This document shows, one piece after another, positions 52,634 through 64,000 of a stretch of 64,000 bases of DNA. Source of the DNA: Euprymna scolopes (Eukaryota). A model generated the notes under the pieces. It saw nothing but the letters and a program-made list of their open reading frames with translations, searched no databases and was not told where the DNA came from. A program made the position numbers and the translations under genes. The stretch lies in the NCBI GenBank assembly GCA_053919585.1, contig CM132795.1; one strand, written 5' to 3'. Positions within the stretch are counted from its first letter, which is position 1; each line of letters starts with the position of its first letter.

Positions 52634-53840
52634 TTTTCCTCCCTGTCTCGCTGTTCAGATATCGCTTTAACCTCTGAAATTGTAATAGCTTAGTGTCATA
52701 GCATACTAAAAGCATTGTTACTTATGTGCGGATAATCTAATACTTAAAAAATAGCATATCTTATCTAGGAGAGATCTTTTTCTGAAATCATTTATCATAG
52801 ACATTAACTGACATAAAAATAGTGAAGTATCGGAACCAATATCAGTTTGCTCAAAGGGAAAGGCCAAGATCTCAATGTAAAGAGGCTGGAGTGGTAGAAA
52901 GATGTCGAGGGAAAAATGCTTAAATTGTAGATATTGACATTTGATAGAAACTCTATACTTAGCGAGAACAAAATTTAAAACATAATTCATGGCACTTTTC
53001 AATAACTTAATGTAATTGAATAATATGTAATTGAATTATATGCAATAAATGACAAAGCAATACAAACTTATTGCCATCTAATTTGAATAAATATTTGAAT
53101 ACTGTAAGTGACATAGCGTTGCTGAAACATTTCTAGTTCGTCTAAATGTTCAGAGGTCTTTAGTTTTAATAAAGCGGTTGTAAGAGGTGAGCGAAATAAA
53201 TAAACCGCAATATTCATTAAATTTTAAATAACTGGTAAATATAAATTGTTTAGTTTTTCAGTCTTTTGTGTTACCAGATAAGACTGTCAAAATTTTCTTA
53301 AATTGAGTGCACAGACATTGATATTTTATTTCCATTTGCTAAACTCAATGCAAACAATCTCTTTACGAGATCTAGACATTCCAGTAAAATTCTCCTTTAT
53401 ATCTCAAGCCCTGAATTTGTAAAGAGGTTGAGAACATTTCCTCTTACAACATAGTTAAATGGTTAATTTGTATCTTTCTTGTGGCCTGTGTATTACTGGA
53501 TTCCAGGACCATAATTTATCTAGTCTGGTTGAGTATCTATCTTCGTGCTGTTAATTCAGGTAACATCACTTGGTGAGCGTGCACCATCCCTTTTAAAAGC
53601 CACTGTTAATTCGCCACACCGAGGAGATCTTAGTTGGGCCTCGGGTTACTATTATTGAAAAGCGTCCCTATGCCGGATTGTCATAATAAGGCATGTATAG
53701 AGGGACCCTGGACGTCGATGATATTGTCTAGTAGGCATTCAAGTTCTCCTGTGTTTGGCTTAAAAGCAGTGACTATTATATGTATATATACATGTCACTG
53801 TTGTTGCCGGGTTCAAATCTATCGACTGGTGTTAATCGTG

Positions 53841-53893
53841 ATACCCTGCACTGATGATTCCTGAAAGGATGAAACACTAGTGTCTGTAGGTAT
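53841..53893 (+). ncRNA. Type I hammerhead ribozyme with palindromic stem-loop III
   Basis: Stem I cctgca/tgtagg; CTGATGA 53851-53857; stem II tcct-gaa-agga; GAAA 53871-53874; palindrome cactagtg; GUC cleavage after 53884. Confidence 0.8.
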
Positions 53894-54148
53894 TTAATAA
53901 TTATAACAGTAAATAATTATGTTAGCCTCTTCAAGTTGAAGTAGAAGTCGGTCAATTTAGCTCATATGCGCAGATCATCGTATAATGATTAGATCACGCT
54001 GAAAGAAGGTAAAAACTTGTTAAAAAATGTTTAAATGTCAACAGTATTTTTCGCGATTAACGGAAGCCGAATGGATTGGGTCCTTGCTAGTGAAGCCAGA
54101 CCTGGCTTCTGTTGCCAGGTTCGAATCTGTCGACTAGTTTTTACCGTG

Positions 54149-54201
54149 ACCTACTTTACTAATGATTCCCGCAAGGATGAAACACTAGTGTATGTAGGTA
54201 T
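54149..54201 (+). ncRNA. Second hammerhead copy, core mutated (CTAATGA)
   Basis: ctaatga-ttcc cgcaa ggat-gaaa-cactagtg-ta-tgtaggta; GUA site at 54190-54192. Confidence 0.6.
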
Positions 54202-56549
54202 TTAATAATTATAATTGTAAATAATTATATATGTACACACACACACACTTCCATGCACTTACTATTGATATAATCTGTAAATGTGGACATATCGAGTAAA
54301 CGGAGTTGCTGTTTAATCCGTTTTGTTTGTGCAGAACTTCTGTCATCGTCGTCGAGGGCATCAAGTGTGTTTACTCGAGAGTTTCTGTATTTACGTTGCA
54401 TGAGAGCAGTTTTTCATGCAGTCTTCAAGCAGATCAGAAGGAGAGTACGGCGAAGCTGCACAACCACAGCATTCAATGAGCAAGGCGCGTGCGTGAAAGA
54501 GATTAATCGAATCTGTGCATGGAAATCTGACAAGGAATCTGGTGCAGAACAGAATCATCATCGGAATATAATTGAGGTGAAAATATGAATTGAAAGAAAA
54601 TCGATGTGGGTGAAATAAAATATGGGAGAAATGAGACAGAAAAGGCTTACAATCTAAATATTAGTCGCTGAAAATATAAGATTTAAAATAAAACGAAAAA
54701 GGTTGGATTATGTAAGGAAAAACATGGGAATATATTCTTGTAAAAATATTGGGTTAGATCAAATTTACACTTGTGTAGTGTCAATTGTGGAAATAAAACG
54801 CAAAAAAGTGAAAAAAATTATTTTTAAAAAATTACAAATTGGAAATGCACCGCTTCATTTAAAAGAAAACCGTATTTTAGTTAAAATGAACTGCCAGTAA
54901 TTCAATTATTTTTATTTTATTTTATTTATGCATTTTATTTATTTATTTTTTTTTCGGAATATTCACCTTTAGGTGTAGTATAATCAGCGCCGTCTTGCAT
55001 TAGGGCGCTTGGGCCGCGGCCGCCGTGCTGGCTGTGATTAGCAGGAGATAAATAATTTCGAAAAATTGGACATTTATCGATGCATACATTTACCGGCGCG
55101 GGTTAATTTTCATTTAATACATTATACTATTTTATTTTACTTCACTTTAAAATTTTGCTTATCAATTGGCATTTTCCGAGGCTATCATTTCTACATAACA
55201 ATTAGTGTCCAACAAAAAATGGATCTTTATATCTCAAACGTTGACTTAGTAAAAAAAAAAGTAGAAAAACATTAAAAATTCATCTTCAAGTTACCATTTA
55301 TTTAAAAGATTTAGATGAGCCGCTGAATACGTAATGATCGGAACTGTCTTGTTTTATTTCTCCAGTGGAATTGCTGACTCAATTGCCAGGGGGAAAACTC
55401 TTTTGCCAGTCCAAGGGCAATAACCCTTTTTTTCCTCAGGTGGACTCTAATACTTTCAAACGACAATACTTTTATATTATAATTTTATATTATAATACAG
55501 ATCGATACTAAAATTAAGGTTTTGACTTCTCCAAAAGTATTGTTTTTTTTGTTTTTTTGTTTTTTTACTTTTGACATACATTTTTCCGATGATGAAAATA
55601 GTTAAATATCTTAATGATGTTTGCACATTCTTGATATAACTTAAAAAAGAAAAAAAAACTTTACGCTCATTACAGCGAATAAATAGAAAAATGCGTTAAA
55701 GATAAAACTAATTAGCAAAGATACCCGCGCTTTCTGCAGGACTTTCAACAAAACTGCTCGCTATTAGAATACAAGATATATATATATATATATATATATA
55801 TAAATGGAACGAAATCCCATACATAATATTGAATGTCACATGAAAACAACGGTATCTTCCTACTATTCCTTGTATTAAGATTATATCCAAAGATTATGAA
55901 AATCGATAAGGTAAAAAATTATTTACTAAAAAAAAAGAAAATAGAATTTAGGGAAAATGAGAATCAGACTGTTCAAAATGGGAAGTAATTTTTTGTTTTG
56001 ATTTAAACAAGATGGCTGTTATTCTTTAATAATTTAGTAATATTAAGGAAAATCTGCTGCATAATTTGGAAGCTTCCATTTTAACTTATTAAAATTGACG
56101 AAAAAAAACAGTTGAAACCATTGTTTTTTTTTCTGAAAACTCCATTTATCGACAAAATCTCGCTTTTATTCTGTAGTGGCGCCAAACTTAGATTTAAAAC
56201 CGCAATTAACAATACACACATCAAAGTATTAAAAGATCGAGCCCAGAAAATGTAAAATGCGTCTGTCAAATCTTGGTGATTTTTAATTTTCCGCCAACCA
56301 TTTTGATTGTCTAATAATTGATCGAAAACGAAAGAGAAAACGCACATATCATTGCTCTGCGATTTTCTAACGATATCCGAGGTATTATTCGCACTTTAGG
56401 CAAATGCGACTTATGCGTTGTAACCAGACGCGAACGGTTCGCATCGTTTGCTTTACTTTTTTCTCGACGTTTGGCTGTTTAATTTATCGCTAGCAGAGCG
56501 TTGTAATGAATTATTAAAAAAAAGACGATTGGTTCATAAAGTATAAGAA

Positions 56550-56950
56550 AAAATGAATACAAATTATCAACGGAATAACTGGGTTACATAGACAATAAAA
56601 TCGGAAGAGATTTGTAAACGAAAGACATCACATTTGCTTTAGCGCATTTTACATGTTAATGCATGTTGGATGCCTTCTAGTAATTGACTTCCAAACTAAC
56701 ATATGGACAGAGCTATACTTACTGTCTTATATTACATATTCCGTGGTGTTGCTTGGGCCTGCTATATCGACGATTGTTTTTTTGGCATGAGCAACGCCGG
56801 AAAGTAAACTATTCGATTATCATGATTGTTTCGTAAGTTTCAAATTGACTGCCCCTTAAAATATTGTTTTCAAATGAAATATGCATTTACAATAAAGTTG
56901 GAATTTTAAGTCCTAGTAGCTACGAAATTTCTAGAAAAACATTTTCGATT
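56550..56950 (+). mobile_element. PLE-type reverse transcriptase relic
   Basis: WACYIDDCFF (YIDD at 56763-56774) followed by YAFTIKLE...KFL (IKFTxE...FLD-like). Confidence 0.45.
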
Positions 56951-58239
56951 GCGTAAAAATATCAGATCTTAGTGCTACGAGTATTTAGACGTAATCACAC
57001 AGGGAGATAGTTGTCTAATACTTGTAGAGTCAGAATTCGAGGGAGGCAGTTGTTGAAGAGTCCAGGAAGTCGCGCCAACTAGTCGTAATAGCTTGGTGCC
57101 CCCAGAGGAGCGCAAGGGGTTCAACGTCTATAAAATGTAATGAAAGTAGGACAGCGTACACCTTTTGAAATGGGGAAACGGTCAGAAAAAAAGTTGCTGA
57201 AAATACAACTGCAAGTTCTAGCTTCTCGGGGGTGATTTATCTTGCAGATTTTCCAATACCGTTAAAACAAGACCAAGATGGATGTTTCTATATTTGTCGG
57301 TGTTAAATCACCAGGAAACAGTTATCTGTTCCTTTTTGATCTTAAATGTTATAAGTTCGGTGATCTGTATTTGTAAATATAAAAACACGTACAAACATGA
57401 GTACACAAGACGATCATAGACACTCCAAAGGTATGAATCCATGTTATATACAATCTGAAGCTTATCTATTCGTTCAATGTAGAAAATTTCCAACTACATA
57501 AATCTCCCTATATTGCCTCCATTTAATCTCCCTCCGAGATTATCAGATCTAAGCGAATCTTTAAGATTCACATTACATTTATAACTCATTTCCACAAAAA
57601 AAGGTATGCCGCTCACACGTGGCTGATATTAAATTTTAATTGGCTGTAATTTGATAGTAAGCTATGGGGAACTTGGCGGGTTAATAAGTTTTATATTCAA
57701 CACCGCTTTTAATGTGTTTGATCAAGCTTCTTGTAAGTTCTAATAGGTTATTTGATGTGCAGCTTAAATTCCAACGGAAGTATTGCACGACACGCAGAGT
57801 AGGCAGAACCCGCGGGTATTATATCCTCATGTACATAAACGCAACGAAATTTAGAGCTAAAATTGTTTAGACTAGTTACGTATTTTCATATGTGACATTT
57901 CAACTAATTTTATTTTGTTGAAAGTTTACAATCGATGCCCCTACCCGGCGTTGTGCAGAATTAAGCAATTTATTAGTATTAAGTAATGCATTTATAAACT
58001 AAAAACGCGGAATTCCGAGAGTAGATCGAAACGGGACTTGATATTTTATCTTCAATCTAAGTTGTATACAGCTGGTTGATGTGATCATGTGACCTCGTAA
58101 AAATTCTAATATACGACCGCTATTGTTTGCTATTAGTGAAATCTGTATCCATTCTTGAAGTATTTATGGGATACAGTTTTAGATAATGGAAATTGACCTG
58201 AGTTTTTGTTTTAGATTATTTGGCAAATACTCATGTTGA

Positions 58240-58345
58240 GTGCTCGAAATTCCGGTATACTCGAGAGTTCGATAGGAAAAACCAATTGCACTCAGTGAAA
58301 AGTCGAAGGTTACATCGGCCGAAATGTTCGAGAAAATATTACCAA
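58240..58345 (+). mobile_element. PLE-type repeat family A, decayed copy
   Basis: gctcgaaattcc...agagttcga...aggttacatcggccgaaatgtt. Confidence 0.55.
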
Positions 58346-59399
58346 TCGTCACTCGTCTAAAAAAAAAAAAAAAAAAAATTTTTTTTTTATGGGAACAATA
58401 AAATGAAAATAAAATGTGTGTCTCGGTTCATCGATCACGTAAATAATTACTTTTCTTAGATTACATATATAATTAATCTTTTTTCCTGAATCAAACTCGA
58501 TTACGATTTATTTCGACTCTAACTACAGCACGTGCTTCGACTCATAACAGATGAGAAAATCTAACACAAATTAACAAACCTCGGTTACTTTTATTATTAG
58601 CTTCATTTGTGTCGTAACGATTTTAGGATTCTCTGGAATCACTCATTTCAGAACCGTATGTTGCGTCTATGCTCTTCCGATATTCCAATCCAGCCATATA
58701 CAAAACAGCAAGTCGTTGGGATGTTCCCCAAAATTGAAATTAAAAAGTATATCCATCTTTTTTGCGCACTTAACTAGATAGTCTGTATACGATGTTTACT
58801 TGAAAATTTAGCCTTAGTTTTTCTATCACGCACATTTTATTTACATAGATATACGTTGTTTACATGTTTGAGTAAGCATCAAATTACAAAACCTTGTCTG
58901 AATATGAGAAAGGAAGGAACTTGTACAAGAGGAAATATCCGCCATTTCTCTAGTTTTTAACGTTATTAGAATGCGGGTTTACTTTGATAACTTAATGCTT
59001 TCCAAATTTTCCGGCCGTTAAATGATTTTTTTTTTTTCAGAATTTTTCTGCAATATATCCTGTTTTCTCTTCATCGCTTCGCTGTGTGTGTGTGCGAGCG
59101 CGCGCACGCGCGTGATGGTCGGGAGCTTGGGTATTTATTGTCGGCTTGTTTTGACATGTTGCGATAACTCTGGAATCCGCCGACTTTAAAAGCTTTTTTA
59201 TGGCTATATAATTCTAGAGAAAAGCCGAAGTTAGTGCAATTACTTACATGGCTGGAATCACTTGTTTTGAAATAAACTGTAATTATCCATTTCTCGGTAT
59301 TTTATTTCCCACTAAACTGACAATGTTGTTTTGGCAATATACATAGATACTATTGTTAATTGAATGGTTTAATCGAATGTTATTATAAATCGTACTGAT

Positions 59400-59700
59400 G
59401 AGTGAGGGTAGTGTGTGGGTTGCGGTGAACATCTATTTTATAACGCTGCAGACGTCTAAAGCTTACAGCATTTACGCGAACCTTCAACGATCTATTCCAG
59501 GCCCAAGTCTATTCCTTATCGCCAACGATTTCCCAAATCCTATTCTAAAATCGTCTGGCGACTTTTATGCAAACGACACTTACATCTATGGCAATATTTT
59601 AGTTTGGCAATAACAATGTTTCTGATTTTATTACATTTTAGTCCGTTGTAAAATATTGGAAAACGCGGCTGGTCAGCTTTAATGCGTCCACCACTCACCA
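59400..59700 (+). mobile_element. CR1/L2-type RT core relic
   Basis: LQRSIPGPSLFLIANDFP...FYANDT corresponds to PQGSxLGPxLFLxxxND...YADDT. Confidence 0.75.
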
Positions 59701-60632
59701 CTTTGATCTGATCCTCATTTTGTCTCCATAAAAAAAAAAAATAAAAAAAACGTCTGCCGTCTTTTACTAAGACAAGCTTCTAGTCTGATCTTCGTTCCTG
59801 GCATGTAGTTTAGATCTGTTGCTATTGTGGCTGGAGGAAATAGAATGCGTTCTGTGTGTTAACTATTTCCGATCAGTTTTTTTGCTCTGTCGTTTTGATA
59901 ACCGATCAGTTTTGACACTGAAGTCACTAAGCGTAAGCCTCTAACACCATGGGGGCAGAGCATGGCTCATTTGGGTTTAGTGCCAGGCTGTACAAGGCTA
60001 TTAAATATTAAGAATTGATGGTCAAAATCTAGAAAAAAAATATGTTAATGGTTCTGAGACTAAACATGACTAATTAATCTGCAATTGACTTTTGAGGTTT
60101 AATCAAATAAATTAGTAGCGTGACTGTGGTTAGGATTATGTAATATCAGAATCCATTTCTATACTATCTGCATAAAAGAAAATCGGTTTAATTTATTAAT
60201 AAACATGTATTTTAGTGAAGTCTTTCAACGGTCAGCTTTTGTTTTGCATTTGGTTTATCCAGATTACTGGTCGCAAATTATTTTCACAACTTATCGATCA
60301 ATATTACATTTGAACATTTAAGGTGTACATTTAACTTTTTTGTTCTTTTTTTTTTTTTGTCGAACCCAATAATTTGCTGGAAATTGCGAACAAAACCCAT
60401 TATCTTAATCGCATGGCTTGCATGTTTTGTTCCTTCAGCCATGATGGTGCACAAGTCAGAAGGAATTTGCGGTTGTCACTCGCAGTGACATTTTAACTGC
60501 CAGAAAAGTGTAAATAAATAATGGATTTTTACCAATTACTTTATCCATGACGAAACCTTTGGGTGCGGGTTAATTTCTTAATGATTTGGATTTACATGTT
60601 TACAACTTCTCGCTGTGCATCCCTTTTTATTA

Positions 60633-60677
<45 letters not shown>

Positions 60678-60685
60678 GTATATAT

Positions 60686-60960
60686 GACCGGGATCTTAAT
60701 TTTCGGCATTTCACGGTAAAATGAAAAGTCGGTCACTTAAGCTCCGTACGCAGATCATAAAATAATTTAATCACTCTCGATTTTTTTAATAGTATTTATG
60801 ATTTATATCCATTATAACACTGCCCACTCGGTTTGTTCCTTGCTAGTTGGTCTCCTGGCGGGGTCCGAATATTTCGACCAGTGTTAATCGTGACTCCCTT
60901 CAGAAATGATGCCTGAAATGATGAAACCCTTGCCTGTAGGTACTAAAAATAATTATATAT
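60686..60960 (+). mobile_element. Family B monomer (decayed hammerhead) inserted in (TA)n
   Basis: aagtcggtca...gcagatcat, ccttgctagt and gtgttaatcgtga...cctgaaa.gatgaaac...ctgtaggta shared with 53797-54230. Confidence 0.7.
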
Positions 60961-61083
60961 ACATACGTTGTGAAAATAACATAATTAGATGAAGTCTGAA
61001 TAAACAAGGTAATAGCACTTATCAATACTAAAGTCGAAAACTCAGAAAAATGAAAGGCTTTTTCATTTTAAATTTGCCGAAAA

Positions 61084-61791
61084 ACTAGAAAAGTTCACCC
61101 CTCAGAACAAATAACATTCCTCAAACAGCTTAAGCGATTTTATAACGAAATCTAAATTCACGGCGCTTCCTTAATTAATGGCTTATGAGCAGATTAAATT
61201 GAATGTAAATCTGAAATATTTGAACCGTTATGCCGTGTAACATTTTTAAGTTACACCACAATACTGAAATTTCAGAAATATTTATTGAGGTCTTACGCCT
61301 AGAAAATTTCAAAATAATCGGAACTATCCGGATATTCATGTTGCACTTAGATTTATCTTTATACTCCTAAAAAAAATAGGCGTAATGTACGTTATTTTAG
61401 TCTGCAAGCCGTTACAAATTGATAAAATTAATTTAGGATAAATCGTGTACGCCCAAAAAGCAAATATACAAAAATTTGATTTGAAAATGCAGAAAACCGA
61501 ATAATGTAATCTCTCTACATTTTTCATATAAAAAGAACTTTGTGTAAACGAGTTCCCTGTGCACTGGAAAACGGCTAGGCTGATATTTATGGAATTTAAC
61601 ACGAAGGTACATCATTCGCCTGTCAGTGTTCTTCTATAGGAATGTCTTCGATAAAGGATAATCGAAATATGATAAAAGAAACTGGCGATTTTAACCAAAG
61701 TAACACCTTACACAGCCTGACATCACAAGTGCATTTGCTAATTTTTCTTACCAACTAGGCCGAATGGCTTGACATATCAATCTATTATAGA
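61084..61791 (-). mobile_element. Non-autonomous Helitron
   Basis: a|CTAG left end, tatagA|t right end; homology to 7960-8175. Confidence 0.55.
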
Positions 61792-62451
61792 TTTTATGAC
61801 AAAGGCGTGCTCAAAATGCAGGTTTTTGTTAAAAGAACAATTGCTCTAACACTACGACGTCGATGGCAATGAAAATATGAATCGTTGGTTGATCAGGATG
61901 CAACCCCAGACATTAGGTCTTCCTGCTGGTATTTATTAATTAAAACGCATTTTTTCCGGAAAAAAAATGTTGTGAAAGAAACATAATTATAGAACGTTTA
62001 TTATTTTTTTTCTTTAAATGAAAAATTCGCATGAACCACGGCAATGCCCATCCATTCAGAATTCATACGAGTCGTCAATAACAAAGACAAACATACCTTT
62101 CCCCCCGAGGCTTGACTCCTTGGGGTTATACAAGCATGGAAATAGAAAGAAAACTCTTTTGTAAAATTTGTTTTAGCAACGAAAGCTTCAGCAAGATTTT
62201 AATCATTTAATAACTTATAACCTTATACGTTTTTTAACAGATTCAGATTAAACTTAGCTAATTTCACAGATACTCCTGCAGGTGTTAGTGCTGTGCATTC
62301 TCAACCTACTATTATGTACACTTATTTAGGGGTAGGTAATCGTACACCAAGAAATTATTCCAATTGTCTGCATATGAGTATAATAGTTGTATATCTGGTT
62401 GTTGGTAAACAGGATACGTCATATATGACGTCATAGCAGAGGACACCATAG

Positions 62452-63322
62452 AGATGTGGCGTTATGGCGAAAAGAGTTTAAATAGACGGGCAGCAAAAAG
62501 AAACGTAAAGATTCCCGAGCGAGGCCTATACACAAATAGCCGCTTTGTTGCTTTCAGGAAAGTTTTTTTTATTCTAATCAACTCGAGGAATGCCCTGATC
62601 CTACCAGATCAGGCTGTCTGAAGATATTCGCTTCCTGAGATGAGGACCTAAAACTATATCCGATGTTGAGGCCCCACCTTGCGGGCCTTGGAGTGTGGAG
62701 CCACCCTTTAATTGCAATTGCTCCCAGGTCCACTCTGACCCGGAGTGGTAGTACCTCTTAGGGTCACAACTATGGGTTAAATAGAATCTGACTTAAAAAA
62801 ATATATATATACTCCATTAAAAATCGTTCCTCAAAATAACTACAGGGTGGTCAAAAAGTCAGGTAACATGTTAAAGGTAGACAAAACAATATGATCCATT
62901 ATAATCTCTATTCGTTTAATATTATTTGTTAAAATATTTGAGTGTAATATATAAACTACCCCTCCTGATTTCTGGCTTTGGGGCTATGTAAAGGATAGCG
63001 TTTATGGCAAGAAGCCTGATACAATAGCGTCTTTAAAGTTATTTATTGAAGAGGAGATTGCGCGGATATCAGCTGACATGATTACACGTGTTAAACAATC
63101 AGTGGTTAATCGCTTCCAGCGATTGATAGAGAGAAATGGACGACAATTAACAAAATAAACATATTTCATGTTTGTTTCTTTTTATATTTCAATGTATGGT
63201 ACTTAAATATACGTGTATTGCTAATATCGTTTTTCTTTAAAATGTTACCTGACTTTTTGACCACCCTGTAGATTCGGGATAACCTGAAAAAGGTTGATAT
63301 GCCGTAAAACAAAACCAACCAA
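62452..63322 (+). mobile_element. tRNA-derived SINE with conserved core, split by a Tc1/mariner insertion
   Basis: A-box-like tggcgttatgg, core ctcccaggtccactctgacccggagtggtagtacct..tagggtc, tail ggttgatatgccgtaaaacaaaaccaacc; related pieces at 39590 and 63693-63740. Confidence 0.65.
62843..63268 (+). mobile_element. Internally deleted Tc1/mariner element (426 bp)
   Basis: Perfect 27-bp TIRs cagggtggtcaaaaagtcaggtaacat with TA TSDs; retains transposase C-terminus PPDFWLWGYVKDSVYGKKPDTIASLKLFIEEEIARISADMITRVKQSVVNRFQRLIERNGRQLTK* (62961-63158). Confidence 0.95.
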
Positions 63323-64000
63323 TCCCGAGATGAAATGCACCTAACATTAATCCTTTTGTTTTTCTACTTATTTTGTCAAAACTTAATTATGTTCTCCAAA
63401 ATTAAAAACAACTTTTCCATCTTCTCGTTTGCTATTTCTCTTTCTCTCTCCCCTATTCCTGTCTGGTTTTCTAACTTGGTGTACCAATCATTAATACTGT
63501 AACCCTTTTCTTTCACCCATTGAAAACTTATTCGTAAGAACATGGAACAAAAACAATAAAATCCACTATAAACCAGCCAAACAAAACACAACAAACTACC
63601 GACTGAATATACAAAGCGCTTGAAGAATTCACACCTCTGCAACATAATTTAATACAACATGAATAATAGTTCCAAAATAACAATTCAGCATTAAATAACC
63701 CGAAAAGGGTTGATAGGCCGGTAAATGAAACCAATACAAACATGTCCCCCTGTCAGATATTACCTTCTCCCTAATAACTGGGTAAGTTTATTGTGCATAT
63801 ATATATATAATGAAGACGTTCTTAACGGGAAATCCGCACTGGGGTGCTTAATACTTTAAATTTGTGAGTTGGCAAAATTTGTTGCTGCCGACATCGCATT
63901 TGTGTCTATTGCCTTGCTAGGAGGAAAGTAATATTTTATTAATATGCGAGGTGTCTTAAAAATATACCTACACTTCGAATGGCTATAAAACGTTTATTTA

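Larger units (their letters stand above)
53797..54230 (+). mobile_element. Retrozyme-like/non-autonomous PLE partial tandem (family B) with two hammerheads
   Basis: ~120-bp direct repeats (53800-53920 and 54108-54228), each containing a hammerhead; body homologous to 60690-60960; flanked by TA/CA microsatellites. Confidence 0.75.

Overview
AT-rich, repeat-dense animal DNA, probably intronic or intergenic. The repeat landscape resembles aquatic invertebrates such as hydrozoan cnidarians, but this is inference only. No intact host gene is recognisable, and almost all listed ORFs are spurious or repeat-derived. The window is a mosaic of mobile elements: about 13 non-autonomous Helitrons (several carrying a tRNA-like Pol III module), two Helentron/DINE-1-type elements (one carrying U2 snRNA fragments), CR1/L2-type LINE fragments, decayed Penelope-like retroelements (PLEs), Tc1/mariner/pogo MITEs, Harbinger and Chapaev3-like transposase relics and tRNA-derived SINEs. 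It also contains many (TA)n microsatellites and a near-perfect 36-copy 30-bp CpG-rich array inside an LTR-like segment. The most notable signal is at least two short repeat families carrying minimal type I hammerhead ribozymes. One is a retrozyme-like partial tandem with two ribozymes 308 nt apart, flanked by (TA)n/(CA)n repeats (53797-54230). All family assignments come from reading motifs by eye; no database search was run.
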